NCBI RefSeq assembly: GCF_018977255.1
Contig: NW_024704742.1
Coordinates: forward strand, 107,076,001-107,140,000
Direction: 5' to 3'
Length of the DNA: 64,000 bases
Source: Callorhinchus milii
Taxonomy: Eukaryota
Both the position numbers and the translations under genes were made by a program. How positions within the stretch are numbered: position 1 is the first letter of the stretch; every line of letters starts with the position of its first letter. The notes beneath the pieces are model-generated. The model did no database searches. It had not been told where the DNA came from and worked only from the letters and a program-made list of their open reading frames with translations. Positions 62,351 to 64,000 of the stretch are shown piece after piece.

Positions 62351-62700
62351 AATAATAATCCTTACATTTGGTATAAAGCCTTTCACGTCAGAAAGACGTC
62401 TCAAAGCTCTTCAGTAACAACAACTTGCGTTTATATAGCACTCTTCATGCAAGGTAGTGTCTCGGAACACTGAATAATAATCCGTGCATTTCATATAGCA
62501 CTTTATCACGTCGTCAAGACATCTCAAAGCGCTTCACAGGATATACGGTAAAGCAACTGACTGACTGTGTATTTTGTGGGCAAATGGAATGCTACCCTGT
62601 ATGAAGGGCGCTATATAAATGCAAAATGCTGTTGTTGAATGGGTCAGCCAATTTGCGCACAGCAATGGCCAGAAGCAGTTGTGGTTGAGTGACCAGTTTT
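62351..62700. mobile_element. Pile-up of SINE and L2 tails
   Basis: SINE tail (-) at 62351, L2 tail (-) at 62416, SINE 3' part (-) at 62474 interrupted by an L2 tail (+) at ~62586-62637. Confidence 0.75.
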
Positions 62701-62704
62701 ATCT

Positions 62705-62846
62705 TTGGAGAGGACAAGTTTGCAGGCCTATGGGGAGAGAGTGGGGGGAGTGGGATTGCTTTGGATAGCTCTTATCAAAGAGTTGGCACAGACGCGATGG
62801 GCCAAATGGTCTCCTTCTGTGCTGTATAATTCCATGATTCTATGAT
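62705..62846 (+). mobile_element. CR1 3' end
   Basis: ttgcaggcctatggggagag...ggcacagacgcgatgggccaaatggtctccttctgtgctgtataattccatgattctatga. Confidence 0.85.
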
Positions 62847-64000
62847 ATACTGTGAAGTGTAGTTATTGTGTGTTTTATGTGTTTTTTTTTAATATATTGG
62901 AACATTCTGTGATAATATGAAATGTCCCAATGGAGATGGAAGAGAGAAAAGAAAACTGCAGGAGTAAAAATAATGGGAAAAAAATGCTTTATTTACAAGA
63001 ACATTAAACAGCAGAGACATTACATGCTGACTCACTAACTGGTCCACAGCTTCTAAGCTGGTGAGTCAGCAAGTGGTGTGTCTGCTACCGAATACTGTAT
63101 TCTAAATACAGCAAAAGGATTCTAAGAGCCTATGAGGATTGACTTTCAGATGGTAAATTAACTGACTGGATTAAATGTCCTCAACTCCATGATCAATAAA
63201 TCAGTCAATTGCCAAGGTTAGACAATTTACCAAAAATCTGAGAATCTGCCTCTGTAACCAAAGCTGCTGAAAGATGCTTCCAAAGAACAGTTCATTGTGT
63301 TCAAATTATCCAACTATAAATCATAAAGTAACAAAATTGTTTAAGTAGGAATCCAATATCCTATTGGATTTTTTTTCAGATCTCCTCACATTTTTCTGTG
63401 AGCTTGATTTGTGATCCTTTACACAACAGGTCTAGATATTGTGTGCTCTCTATCCACATTGCATCTTCATTCTAAATTTGTTTTGTTTCCTTGTGGAGAT
63501 ATCGGGCATCTTAGCTCATTTTCATCCAATTATTGAAGATGGAGAGGTTATCGCATGTCTTCCTCAGACAAGTGACTTCCCTTCAACATCTATCCTTCTG
63601 TAAAGCGTTCACGTGAACTTTGGTGAATTCACTTCAGATCTCTGGATTTAACTATGTCTGATGGCCTTTTGACAACATTTTGTTGAGCTCGGTCCGTCCT
63701 TCCAATGTGAAAGGTGCTATATAAATGCAATTAGTTGTTGTTAGTTTGAGTCAATTTCCTCTTGTTGGTCATAAACTTCTTGGTACTTCTCATCAACCTG
63801 TGCAACCTTTAGAAGCCTTCAAGAGTAAATGGTGGAGCATTATTTGAAAATATTTACGGCCTTCCGTGTATTACAGGCTGACGGTGCAGTTTTCCTATTA
63901 CAGTCTTGGGTGCAGTGCCATTCACTTAGTTAATTTCTCAGCAGCTTGAATAGTTATTGACAAAATTAGATAGTAACTTACCATGAAAGACCAATAAAGC

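Noticed and set aside
35..63745. CRISPR-like array from the recurring atccttgcatttgatatagcgc motif
   Set aside because: The copies are dispersed, diverged, on both strands and irregularly spaced. They are SINE/L2 tails in a eukaryotic genome with no cas genes.

Overview
This is AT-rich vertebrate DNA, very probably from a cartilaginous fish. The repeat inventory (Deu-domain SINEs with L2-type tails, a tRNA-Ala-headed SINE, LF-SINE-like remnants, CR1/HER-type and L2 LINEs, a Penelope end) fits a shark or chimaera; this is inferred from recalled repeat families, not from a search. I found no host protein-coding gene that I can support, so the window looks like a long intron or intergenic region. 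The only protein-like ORFs are LINE ORF2 remnants: CR1 at ~48.2-50.3 kb and ~56.9-59.3 kb, and L2 at ~34.1 kb and ~47.3-48.1 kb. I see no evidence of a new multi-gene system. The best second-look signals are structural or RNA-level: (i) a perfect 87-bp inverted duplication around a CR1 3' end (14286-14672) that copies one end of a palindromic MITE-like element; (ii) four copies of that MITE-like family; (iii) a YAG|GTGAGT candidate recursive splice site at 21587/21588 in repeat-free sequence; (iv) a Penelope end carrying a degenerate minimal hammerhead ribozyme with a 7-bp TSD; (v) fold-back SINEs, nested insertions and local duplications. Old repeat boundaries were set by eye and are approximate.
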